Source: Vibrio vulnificus CMCP6 (GTDB lineage: Bacteria > Pseudomonadota > Gammaproteobacteria > Enterobacterales > Vibrionaceae). From it: a DNA stretch of 32,000 bases. How positions within the stretch are numbered: the stretch's first letter is position 1; each line of letters begins with the position of its first letter. Under the pieces are notes generated by a model. It was given only the letters and a program-made list of their open reading frames with translations, was not told the origin of the DNA and ran no database searches. The position numbers and the translations under genes were made by a program. Location: NCBI RefSeq assembly GCF_000039765.1, contig NC_004460.2:720001-752000 (forward strand). Direction: 5' to 3'. Shown here one piece after another: positions 9,727 to 17,744 of the stretch.

Positions 9727-11066
9727 CTAAAAGAAAGAAGAGAGCAGCCATTAATCTGACCCGGCTACCAATAGAGTACATTGATTGGTTATCTCGTCCT
9801 ATATACCGTTTTATTCATATTGAATCTGCCGCTGGAATTGTACTGTTTATTTCAACGCTCTTAGCTGTTTTATTGGCTAATTCACATTTAAGTGAGGAGT
9901 TTGCTCGTTTTTGGCAGATTTCGCTAGGGATGACGGTTGGTGATTTAGTTTTTGAGCGTTCATTACACAAATGGGTCAATGATGCCGGAATGACCCTATT
10001 TTTCTTTCTTATTGCCTTGGAGCTTAAGCGTGAGTTAGTGCTAGGTGAACTTCGCAATCCCCAATTAGCTCTCCTTTCCATTGCTGCTGCTCTTGGAGGC
10101 ATGTCGACCCCGCCTCTTTTTTACTTACTTCTACAGTACGGTGAATCCGGTCAGCATGGTTGGGGGACGGTCATGGCAACGGATACCGCCTTTGTGATCG
10201 GATGTCTTGCACTCTTAGGGCGAAGCATTCCAAGCAGTTTGCGGATATTCATGTTATCAATGGCCGTGGTGGATGATATCGGTGCGATCTTTGTTGTCGC
10301 TATTGGTTACGGAGAAGCGGTTGACTGGCTGGTGTTATCCTATGCGTTGTTGGGCTTTATGCTTGTCCGTGCGATGGCTTTCTTAGGGGTCCGTAGTCTT
10401 GTACTCTTTTCTATTGTCGGCGGAGCAATATGGTTGGTTATCGATATGTCTGGTGTTCATCCAACAATTACAGGAGTGATTCTCGGCTTACTAACCCCCA
10501 CGAATAAATGGATGAGTAGGCAGCATCTTTTTATCATTATGGAGGCTTTAGTGCCATCTTCACCTAGTCAACAATGGAGTGGTGACAAGAGAGAAGGAGA
10601 GATCTTAAAAACCGCAGCGGCGGCTGCACGAGAAACGCTTTCACCTGTAGAGCGGCTGGAAATGTTGCTTCATCCTTGGGTCGGGTTTGTTGTTTTACCG
10701 TTGTTTGCTCTTGCTAACGCGGGAGTTTCATTGACCAGTGTAAACCTAACGTCTCCTATTACGCTGGCTGTTTTTGTGGGTTTTGTTTTTGGTAAACCTA
10801 TCGGTATTGTCTTGTTTAGTTGGATTGCTGTCTGGCTAGGGATCGCGAAATTGCCTGAAAATTTGAATTGGGGAATGGTATTTGGGGGAGGTATGTTGGC
10901 TGGTATTGGTTTTACTATGGCACTATTCATCTCGGAACTAGCGTATAACCCAGACCAAATAAATGCTGCGAAATTGGGTATCTTCATCGCGTCCATTACT
11001 TCGGCTTTAATTGGTTTCCTCTGTTTACGGTATTTCGCGGCTAGAGAAAAACAGAAGAGGACTTAA
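9723..11066 (+). CDS. nhaA: NhaA-type Na+/H+ antiporter
   Basis: 'VNDAGMTLFFFLIALELKRELVLGELRNPQLALL', 'ATDTAFVIGCLALLGRSIPSSLRIFMLSMAVVDDIGAIFVVA', 'HPTITGVILGLLTP'. Start overlaps the hflC stop by 4 nt. Confidence 0.93.
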   Translation: MTKRKKRAAINLTRLPIEYIDWLSRPIYRFIHIESAAGIVLFISTLLAVLLANSHLSEEFARFWQISLGMTVGDLVFERSLHKWVNDAGMTLFFFLIALELKRELVLGELRNPQLALLSIAAALGGMSTPPLFYLLLQYGESGQHGWGTVMATDTAFVIGCLALLGRSIPSSLRIFMLSMAVVDDIGAIFVVAIGYGEAVDWLVLSYALLGFMLVRAMAFLGVRSLVLFSIVGGAIWLVIDMSGVHPTITGVILGLLTPTNKWMSRQHLFIIMEALVPSSPSQQWSGDKREGEILKTAAAAARETLSPVERLEMLLHPWVGFVVLPLFALANAGVSLTSVNLTSPITLAVFVGFVFGKPIGIVLFSWIAVWLGIAKLPENLNWGMVFGGGMLAGIGFTMALFISELAYNPDQINAAKLGIFIASITSALIGFLCLRYFAAREKQKRT

Positions 11067-11148
11067 GCTCTATCGTGACGAATACACACACAACCGAGTT
11101 ACTGTCCCCCTTTAAATAAAGGTATGGGAGGAGGCGTCGTTATGTGCA

Positions 11149-11469
11149 TCAAAGTGTGTCCCACATAACGTCACACTCCCCCGCTATTGCCGAATTTAAT
11201 AAGTTAAGTAATGGATAGGCTCGAACAATAATCGAGACGGAATGTTCTGAGTGTTCATTTTCTTCTTGTGTTTCAACAAGATTAAGGCGTCGTATGTTTT
11301 CTTGTTTCAGTTCGCTTTTGAGCTGCTTCAACGCTTCTGGAATGTTTGGTGCGAGAATTGCGCCTGGTATAGCTCCGCTATGTCCCATCATTTTTATCAT
11401 TTCTTGGGCCACGTCCCCAAACATTGTGACACTTGCATGATTTTTACAACTAAAATTTACCAACATCAT
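11149..11469 (-). CDS. DUF1840 domain-containing protein
   Basis: The track ORF spans 11149..11661, but the conserved part starts at 'MMLVNFSCKNHASVTMFGDVAQEMIKMMGHSGAIPGAILAPNIPEALKQL', preceded by an AAGAGG Shine-Dalgarno-like sequence. Confidence 0.75.
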   Translation of the reverse strand: MMLVNFSCKNHASVTMFGDVAQEMIKMMGHSGAIPGAILAPNIPEALKQLKSELKQENIRRLNLVETQEENEHSEHSVSIIVRAYPLLNLLNSAIAGECDVMWDTL

Positions 11470-11936
11470 AAAACCTCTTGTCGCTTGTCTTTTACTAAAC
11501 CAAATCGTAACGGGAGCAAATCTCCCTACGTTCCTTAACCTAGGGGAGAGATAAGATTTTTTTCGTCCAGTTACCTGCGTGTTTTTCACCACTTTAGCTT
11601 GTTTGGAAAGGGGCAAAACACATTGTTTTTGTTTACTTGATAAGGAGCGTTTTGTTATCACCTTGTGGTGTAAATCTGAGATAAAGCTCTTCTCCCATTG
11701 AGTCTATATGGAGAAGTCGAGTAACAGCATATCGCTCAAGACATTATGAAAGTATTATTCATTTAGTCCGCTTAGAATGAGTTCATGACCTTAAGTAAAA
11801 AGATGGTATTGAGGCAATCTACCGTATTGGAGTCCTCTTTCGCTTTTATTTGGGAGCGATTTGACGGTATTGTATACATGTTAAATGAACATCTGCTACG
11901 TATACCCTTCTAGACGGAATCCAGAGACCGTGTCCC

Positions 11937-13019
11937 TCATAAGCCTTTTCTTAGGCAACGATGGTTAAACACTTTATGCACTGAACTTGAAGACATCGCG
12001 GATAAAAATGCACTGTAATCGAGTTTAAATGGCACTTTATTTCCAACAATTAGAGACTCTTCGGCTGTTTCAATGATCAGATGATCGCTACTCGATGACA
12101 CAATACTCATGTCGTCAGGTGGGTGCAGCCCCTGAACACAAACATCTTGACGGCCTAGGGCAAGAATCGCCTGTGCAACGGATCCTCGGTCTTGGAGTGC
12201 TTCCTTCTCACCAAATGCATTTACGCCTCGATTACCCCAGGGCAGAGATGGTTTAATTTTGGCTTCGATCACTTCAGCAGTTAATGTGACCGCATCTGTG
12301 TGGAGACCTCCGAGCGGTTGTTGCTCATTAGGCACACAACCGAGAAAAATGGCTTCCCCTAGTCGCAAGTTGTTGATGCGAGTTCTCCCTTGATGAGCCA
12401 GAACCCAATTGATGGAAGAGGAGTTGCCTCCGGAAATAATCTCAAGGTTGATACCAAATACGGCTTCGATACCATCAGCGAGATCAGACAGAAGTCTCAT
12501 TTTTTTGTCATCCGGTGTGATGCCGTAGCGACAGGTAAGATTCGCCCCAATGCCTTTTATGATTATATTAGGTAAAGATATGATTTCACTAATAAAACCA
12601 ATGAGACGACTTGGCATCACTCCTTCTCTTAAATCCCCAAGCTCAACCATGATTATCACGCCGTGTTTGGAATTCACTTGTTTTGCAACGCGGGAGAGTT
12701 GCTGAATAACTTGGATTTCAGTGTTCAAACTGATATCACAATACTCTACAACCTTCGCTGTTTGGCTCAGCATTGGGGTACGAATGAGCATTTTGGGTAC
12801 CGTAATCCCAGAATGGACCATTCTTTGGATATTTTCGATTCTGGAGTCTGCTAGTGTACTTGCACCAGCATCAATGAGAAGCTGAGCAATGATGGGATGG
12901 CCTAAACAGGATTTTGTCACAGGTGTGACTGACACATTTTTTAAAGCCAGTCGTTCAATGAGATACTGAGTATTATGATGAATTTTAAAACAATCGAGAT
13001 CTAGCTTTGGGTACCTCAC
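11937..13019 (-). CDS. PLP-dependent alanine/ornithine racemase-family (fold type III) enzyme
   Basis: 'PKLDLDCFKIHHNTQYLIERLALKNVSVTPVTKSCLGHPIIAQLLIDAGASTLADSRIENIQRM', with Lys in 'VTKS' as candidate PLP lysine, plus 'MVELGDLREGV' and 'EIISGGNSSS...LRLGEAIFLG'. Confidence 0.85.
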   Translation of the reverse strand: MRYPKLDLDCFKIHHNTQYLIERLALKNVSVTPVTKSCLGHPIIAQLLIDAGASTLADSRIENIQRMVHSGITVPKMLIRTPMLSQTAKVVEYCDISLNTEIQVIQQLSRVAKQVNSKHGVIIMVELGDLREGVMPSRLIGFISEIISLPNIIIKGIGANLTCRYGITPDDKKMRLLSDLADGIEAVFGINLEIISGGNSSSINWVLAHQGRTRINNLRLGEAIFLGCVPNEQQPLGGLHTDAVTLTAEVIEAKIKPSLPWGNRGVNAFGEKEALQDRGSVAQAILALGRQDVCVQGLHPPDDMSIVSSSSDHLIIETAEESLIVGNKVPFKLDYSAFLSAMSSSSVHKVFNHRCLRKGL

Positions 13020-14221
13020 CTTAGTTCTGCTCTAGTATTTTCTAGCAAAGGATAGGCTGAGAAGATCATTTGTAACAGATGTTCTTTAGGTTGAGACAAT
13101 GGGTCTGTCACCGGTAGGCCCAACTCAGCAGAATAAGCACTGATTGCTGATAGTATTTCATCGGAAGACAACCCTTCGTGATTCAGTGTTAATCCTATCA
13201 CAGTGGTGTCTGAGAAGGCCTGAATAAGATTGATTTCATAGGCTACTGACGGGATTGGCAGTTCTGGGAAATCAACGCGATACGCCCGTTTCGGGGCGTG
13301 CTGCAAAATAACAGCCGTTGGACAGCAGCCTCGTAATATATGAGAGCTGGTAGAAAAGGCTTGGTGACTCAATGCCCCTTGGCCTTCGATGATGATGATA
13401 TCGGGGTTTTCATTCTCATAGGCCTTCACAATGACCGCTTCCAACTCACCAGCACAGAAAAAAGAAGAGACGGCGTCTAGCGCAACACCGTAGGGAGCGC
13501 CTTGCATAATGCCAGTCTGCCCCGTTGCTATCATAACGACATTCAGCCCTTTGTTTCTTAACTCGTTGGTTAAAATAGTCGCAGTTGTTCTTTTTCCTAA
13601 AGCGCAGTCTGTCCCCATTACCGCAATTCTAGGGCATTTGACTTGGTGTATTTTTCCACTAAATGATTGCATATTTTCGTTGTTCTTGGGTTTGCGAACA
13701 TCAACGATATGGACGTTGTATTTGAGACTGGCTTCAATAAAAACAGGGTCTTCGGTTAGAAATTCATGTAATCCAATAATGATGTTTATATGACAAGACA
13801 TAGCTTTTAGAAGGATGTCTCTTTCGGTGTCAGAAAGTAAGCCATTTGATGGTGCAATTCCAAAAATAAAGTAGCTAGGAGCGATGTCTGTGTGACGCAG
13901 GGCTTCTTCTAGGTCTGAAAAGATGGGAATGGTGTTTTTTTTACCGTCAAGTATTTCTCCAGAGTTAGAGCCTGAAAGTTCACTATCAATCACCGACAAA
14001 ATTCGATAATTGGGAGAGTGTCTTACCAAACCGTTCGCTGTTTTTCCGTCGGTTTTACCAAAGTTACCTTCACAGTAAATAATTGCAGTGGGCGTCGTCG
14101 GATTAACTTTATGACAAAGAGGCGTCCAAGGTTCCGGACGAGTTGGGCTATGGTCGTTTTTTATATGTTCGGTTCTAGTTAATTGAAAGATGTTTCTTAA
14201 CTTTCTAGTTGAAATTGACAT
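13016..14221 (-). CDS. DUF1611 / DgcN-like P-loop protein (copy B)
   Basis: 'YCEGNFGKTDGKTANGLVRHS', 'VMGTDCALGKRTTATIL', 'NVVMIATGQTGIMQGAPYGVALDAV', 'IIIIEGQGALSHQAFS'. The racemase start codon overlaps the stop of this gene by 4 nt. Confidence 0.85.
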   Translation of the reverse strand: MSISTRKLRNIFQLTRTEHIKNDHSPTRPEPWTPLCHKVNPTTPTAIIYCEGNFGKTDGKTANGLVRHSPNYRILSVIDSELSGSNSGEILDGKKNTIPIFSDLEEALRHTDIAPSYFIFGIAPSNGLLSDTERDILLKAMSCHINIIIGLHEFLTEDPVFIEASLKYNVHIVDVRKPKNNENMQSFSGKIHQVKCPRIAVMGTDCALGKRTTATILTNELRNKGLNVVMIATGQTGIMQGAPYGVALDAVSSFFCAGELEAVIVKAYENENPDIIIIEGQGALSHQAFSTSSHILRGCCPTAVILQHAPKRAYRVDFPELPIPSVAYEINLIQAFSDTTVIGLTLNHEGLSSDEILSAISAYSAELGLPVTDPLSQPKEHLLQMIFSAYPLLENTRAELR

Positions 14222-14349
14222 AATTAAAGCCTGCAGTAAGGCTTAGGGGGCTACTAAGGAGTGCCGAGATGTGAGTTCGGAAAAGAAAAGAAGTCCCTAC
14301 TAAGCGGTAGGGTAAGCAACCATGCTAACACACTTCCAAGACTTTTGTT

Positions 14350-14734
14350 GGTTAATCAATAAAATGACTATTTGATTTTGGAAAAGCAAAATCGATATTT
14401 TCATCTGCATTTGAGATGTTGCCTGAGGCCAAGCGGAAATCGAGGCCTTTTTGAATCGCAAAAGCCAAGTTCATGTCATCTGTGCTTTCATCGTCGATGA
14501 TGATGTTGCATTGATCAGGTGGGAAAAGCGCTCTAAAGCGTAGCGATCCCTGACCTCTTGAAGGGCAATAATGTCTGCATTGAGTCTAGGGACCGTTTCT
14601 TGATAGTTGATGACCCTAACTTTGTTCATGTAGGCCGATAAAAACTTCGAGTTGTAAGTGGCCAATCGAAGGTGATCTGATGAGTAAGTGGAAAAAGAAA
14701 AAACAAGGAGTGAGAGTGCAATAAATATTTTCAA
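14350..14734 (-). pseudogene. Endonuclease/exonuclease/phosphatase (EEP) family protein, frameshifted/truncated
   Basis: 'MKIFIALSLLVFSFSTYSSDHLRLATYNSKFLS...NYQETVPRLNADIIALQEVRDRYALERF'. The reading then continues in another frame as '...FPPDQCNIIIDDESTDDMNLAFAIQKGLDFRLASGN'. The left boundary is approximate. Confidence 0.65.
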
Positions 14735-15023
14735 GGAAACAATCCGTGCGGCTAATGTTTTGTCATTTATACATTTACAGGGTGGATTTAACTTGACTTA
14801 ATATGTGCGAATGGGCTGTGAACTGAAACTTATGTCGCTGATAATCATATAAATATCAAATTGCTGCGACGAGCTACAAAGTACAATTATACAACGTAAG
14901 CATTTGTTTTTATGTGTAAATGAATATTTCTTGCATTTACTGTCAATGTTAATTAGCGCTTTATTTCCGAGAAAATTAAATATAGTGTTCTTTGAACGTT
15001 ATTTTTTGTGAACGAAAAACTAG

Positions 15024-15048
15024 GTAGAACAAACTACCCCTGTTCTAC
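15024..15048. repeat. Inverted repeat upstream of peptide cassette
   Basis: GTAGAACA-aactacccc-TGTTCTAC, perfect 8-bp arms with 9-nt spacer; no U-tract. Confidence 0.55.
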
Positions 15049-15214
15049 TTGAAAAGAAGTGCCAGCTATAGTCATCTTTTAACCTTGTCGATGTGCTTCT
15101 TCTTTTCTTATTTTATCTGATTCCATTTCATTTATTTTAAAAATAGAAATATCACCAAAGTGGGACGTTTTTGGGCTAAATGTCTACTGTTGATTATTTT
15201 TTGTACGAACCAAC

Positions 15215-15244
15215 TTGCACTGAAGTTTGAAAACTCGGTATAAC
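15215..15244 (+). promoter_or_regulatory. Candidate sigma70 promoter for the peptide cassette
   Basis: TTGCAC (15215-15220), 18-nt spacer, TATAAC (15239-15244), about 70 nt upstream of the 25-aa ORF. Confidence 0.5.
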
Positions 15245-15268
15245 GATATTGCAGCTAACAATTACTTA

Positions 15269-15284
15269 ACAATCGAAAGATTGT
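15269..15284 (+). promoter_or_regulatory. Small leader hairpin with GAAA tetraloop
   Basis: ACAATC-GAAA-GATTGT, in the putative 5' UTR, 32 nt before the peptide start codon. Confidence 0.4.
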
Positions 15285-15316
15285 AATCCAATCAACGTAG
15301 AAAGAGGAAAGACATC

Positions 15317-15394
15317 ATGAAAAAGCTAGATAAATCAAAACTTTTTTCTGTAAAAAAGAAAGGTTCTCCTGTTCTTAAAGTGGTAGAGAACTAA
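15317..15394 (+). CDS. Candidate RiPP precursor peptide, 25 aa (MKKLDKSKLFSVKKKGSPVLKVVEN); not in the supplied ORF track
   Basis: Read directly: ATG AAA AAG CTA GAT AAA TCA AAA CTT TTT TCT GTA AAA AAG AAA GGT TCT CCT GTT CTT AAA GTG GTA GAG AAC TAA. GAGG at 15304-15307 lies 9 nt upstream, and the ORF ends 26 nt before the MFS gene ATG. Confidence 0.65.
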   Translation: MKKLDKSKLFSVKKKGSPVLKVVEN

Positions 15395-15417
15395 TCGAAA
15401 GAAGTTTTGGAGGTTAT

Positions 15418-16659
15418 TTGATGAACTACTACTTGTATATTTTTTCTCACTTAGCCTCCATCGTTGCTTTTCGAAGTACGACGATTATCGTGATATGGGC
15501 TTTAGTGCAGTCATTTGGCCAAGCAGAAAGTGTTGGACTTTTAGTGGCCATTATGTGGATTGCTAATATTCTATTTTTGCCGGTTTCAGGTTATTTCCTA
15601 GACATCTACTCAAAGAAAACCATCATACTGATTTCGAGCATCGGCTCTGCGGTGGCGGCAACGCTACTGTTGTCCTTCAATAGCTCCTTGCTCATTTGTA
15701 TCTTACTCGTTTCAATACTCTCCATATTCAATAGTGCAATCTCAGCAGCCCCTAATGCCGTAATCCCCCTTTTAGTGAGTCAAGACAGGTTAACAAAGGC
15801 CATTGGTTTGGCTGCAACGTTGAACTCTTTGCAAGTGATAATAGGTGTCATTATTGGTGGTGGGGTCATTTATGCGATTGGTATAGAAGTATCTTTGTTT
15901 GTCACAACAGCACTCTATTTACTGTCTCTCGTCCTAATTTTATCGGTGCGTCTTCCTAGTGTTTCGCCTGAGCAGGGAGAGGTTTCTGGGAAAAGAGTTT
16001 CCCAGCTTACTCAAGGTTTTCGAAGTTTAAGCACATTAAAACCTGAAGTGATGTTTTGTTTTTCAGCGATGGTCGGCAATTTCATTCTAACCCCACTAAT
16101 TTCAATTGTTATACCAATCTATGTCCAACAGAGTCTCAATAACAACATTGGTTATGTTGTGCTGTTTGAGTCTGCGATCGCAGTTGGAATGATAGCTGGA
16201 GGGACGATGGCGATGAGAGCGGCTTCGTTTATGAACCGATATCACCAAGTTCTTTTAGGTGGACTTTTAATTGGTGTCGGGGTAGTGGCTTTCGCTGCAT
16301 TTGAACACACATACATAAAAGCGTTTGCACTCTTCAGCTCAGGGATGGGACTCACCATCAAAGGTATTCCTTTTAGCTCACTTAGAGGTCATGCCGTACC
16401 TGCAAACTATAAGGCTAGGATAGAATCTGCGATCTTTACGCTTTGTATCTTGAGCATACCATTAGGCAGTTTTACGTTTAGCTACCTCATTGATAACACA
16501 CAACTGGATATTAATAGTCTGGTGATGTTTATGGGCGTTCTTATTGTCTTATCACTCACTTTTATTGTGTTTTCAAAAGAGAGTGTGGCGGTTTTAAAAA
16601 CAAAAGACGAAGAATTGGTCCACTACTACACAACTCATTACCCACAGGCCTTCAAATAA
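15418..16659 (+). CDS. MFS transporter, candidate peptide exporter (likely start ATG 15421)
   Basis: Multi-TM MFS protein ('VSGYFLDIYSKKTIILISSIGSAVAATLLLSF...'). GGAGG at 15409-15413 lies 7 nt before ATG 15421; the track start at 15418 is TTG. Confidence 0.88.
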   Translation: MMNYYLYIFSHLASIVAFRSTTIIVIWALVQSFGQAESVGLLVAIMWIANILFLPVSGYFLDIYSKKTIILISSIGSAVAATLLLSFNSSLLICILLVSILSIFNSAISAAPNAVIPLLVSQDRLTKAIGLAATLNSLQVIIGVIIGGGVIYAIGIEVSLFVTTALYLLSLVLILSVRLPSVSPEQGEVSGKRVSQLTQGFRSLSTLKPEVMFCFSAMVGNFILTPLISIVIPIYVQQSLNNNIGYVVLFESAIAVGMIAGGTMAMRAASFMNRYHQVLLGGLLIGVGVVAFAAFEHTYIKAFALFSSGMGLTIKGIPFSSLRGHAVPANYKARIESAIFTLCILSIPLGSFTFSYLIDNTQLDINSLVMFMGVLIVLSLTFIVFSKESVAVLKTKDEELVHYYTTHYPQAFK

Positions 16660-17685
16660 ATGGAAATAACAACTGCAAATTGGGCAAAGCCAAGTGCCGA
16701 GAGAGCGGATTGGATCATTAAATGCAATCTAGAAGAATTAGCAGAGAGTTTAATTTATATACATGGCTTCTTTGACGTTAAAGAAAGCGATCTCAAAGAG
16801 GTCTTAGGTCGAAAACAAGTGTCGTTTCGTCAAAATATGCCACAAGCTTTTTTATATCATGAATACATGATCAGAAATATTGAGAGTGAGCATTGGAAGC
16901 CTGAACTTCTTTTTACACACTTGCTGTCGGAATTGAGTCCGGTCAATGAAAACAAGATAGAGATTGTTTTGTATGGGCATAGATATCATCAGTTTACGAA
17001 TGAGGTTTTAGAAAACTTAATCGCTGATGATCACTTGGAGTGCTATGGCGAGCATCTTAAGAAACGTAATCAAGGGATCACTGTTCCTAGCGAATCTCAG
17101 TTTCGCTACACACGGGCTGAAGTGGAAAAGTGTTTAAACTACATCGAATGTTCCTGTCCTGAGCTATATGACGAAATAAAAACGGTCGTCTCTCAAATAC
17201 ACATCATGAGTTCTCCTTGTGTTAATGCTGGTAGTTATCTCAGTATGCTGGGCATGTTCAATATTCGCTATCTTGATAAATCCTCTGAACACTGGAGCCG
17301 TTTGGCAGAACATATTATCCACGAATCCGCGCACAACCTATTGTATCAACTTTGGCATCATGACCCGATTATTACAGACGACGATGGTCTTTTTTACACA
17401 CCTTTTAGGAAAGATGAGCGACCGATTAGTGGGGTGTTCCACGCGATGTTTGTCTTGGCAAGGACCATTTACGGTTTCAACCAATTACTAAAAAATCCAG
17501 ACGTTCATCTTGAGACACATCAGATCAGCAGCCACTATAATGAAGCCAATAACGAACTGCCATTCACCGACAAGTTTTATCAGACGGTTGAAGTCTTAGA
17601 GAAATCAGGAAAACTTACGGAATTCGGCAACAGAATTGTGAAAGATTGCGTCGTTTTGGTAGAAGAGTGCAAATATAAAGTTTAG
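16660..17685 (+). CDS. HExxH-motif peptide beta-hydroxylase-like RiPP modification protein (alpha-KG-HExxH type)
   Basis: 'HIIHESAHNLLYQLWHHDPIITDDDGLFYTPFRKDERPISGVFHAMFVLARTIYGFN' has the arrangement HExxH...P-x-R-x-D-x-R-P...G-V-x-H-x-x-x-x-x-A-R typical of the putative peptide-modification family. The ATG directly abuts the MFS stop codon. Confidence 0.78.
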   Translation: MEITTANWAKPSAERADWIIKCNLEELAESLIYIHGFFDVKESDLKEVLGRKQVSFRQNMPQAFLYHEYMIRNIESEHWKPELLFTHLLSELSPVNENKIEIVLYGHRYHQFTNEVLENLIADDHLECYGEHLKKRNQGITVPSESQFRYTRAEVEKCLNYIECSCPELYDEIKTVVSQIHIMSSPCVNAGSYLSMLGMFNIRYLDKSSEHWSRLAEHIIHESAHNLLYQLWHHDPIITDDDGLFYTPFRKDERPISGVFHAMFVLARTIYGFNQLLKNPDVHLETHQISSHYNEANNELPFTDKFYQTVEVLEKSGKLTEFGNRIVKDCVVLVEECKYKV

Positions 17686-17744
17686 TGTCAGTCGGCGAGC
17701 AAAGACAGAACCATCTCATCTGGGCTCCTTTGTCGATTCATTGG

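Noticed and set aside
8074-10996. Antisense ORFs 8074..8262, 9271..9519, 9815..10102 and 10670..10996
   Set aside because: They lie wholly opposite well-supported hflK/hflC/nhaA coding sequence and have no domain signal.
11101-11170. CGTTATGTG...CACATAACG inverted repeat as a novel element
   Set aside because: Short arms overlapping the end of the DUF1840 gene, just past nhaA; more simply an ordinary intergenic/terminator-like structure.
11470-11661. N-terminal 64 aa extension of the DUF1840 ORF
   Set aside because: The extension lacks family-like sequence, and a good RBS lies right before MMLVNF, so the true start is likely 11469 or 11466.
15418-15420. TTG 15418 as the MFS start codon
   Set aside because: GGAGG at 15409-15413 is better spaced for ATG 15421; the TTG gives too short a spacer.
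16660-17685. Annotating the HExxH protein as a zinc metalloprotease
   Set aside because: The conserved context downstream of HExxH matches the RiPP-modifying family pattern better than any protease family I can recognise. A protease role is not formally excluded.
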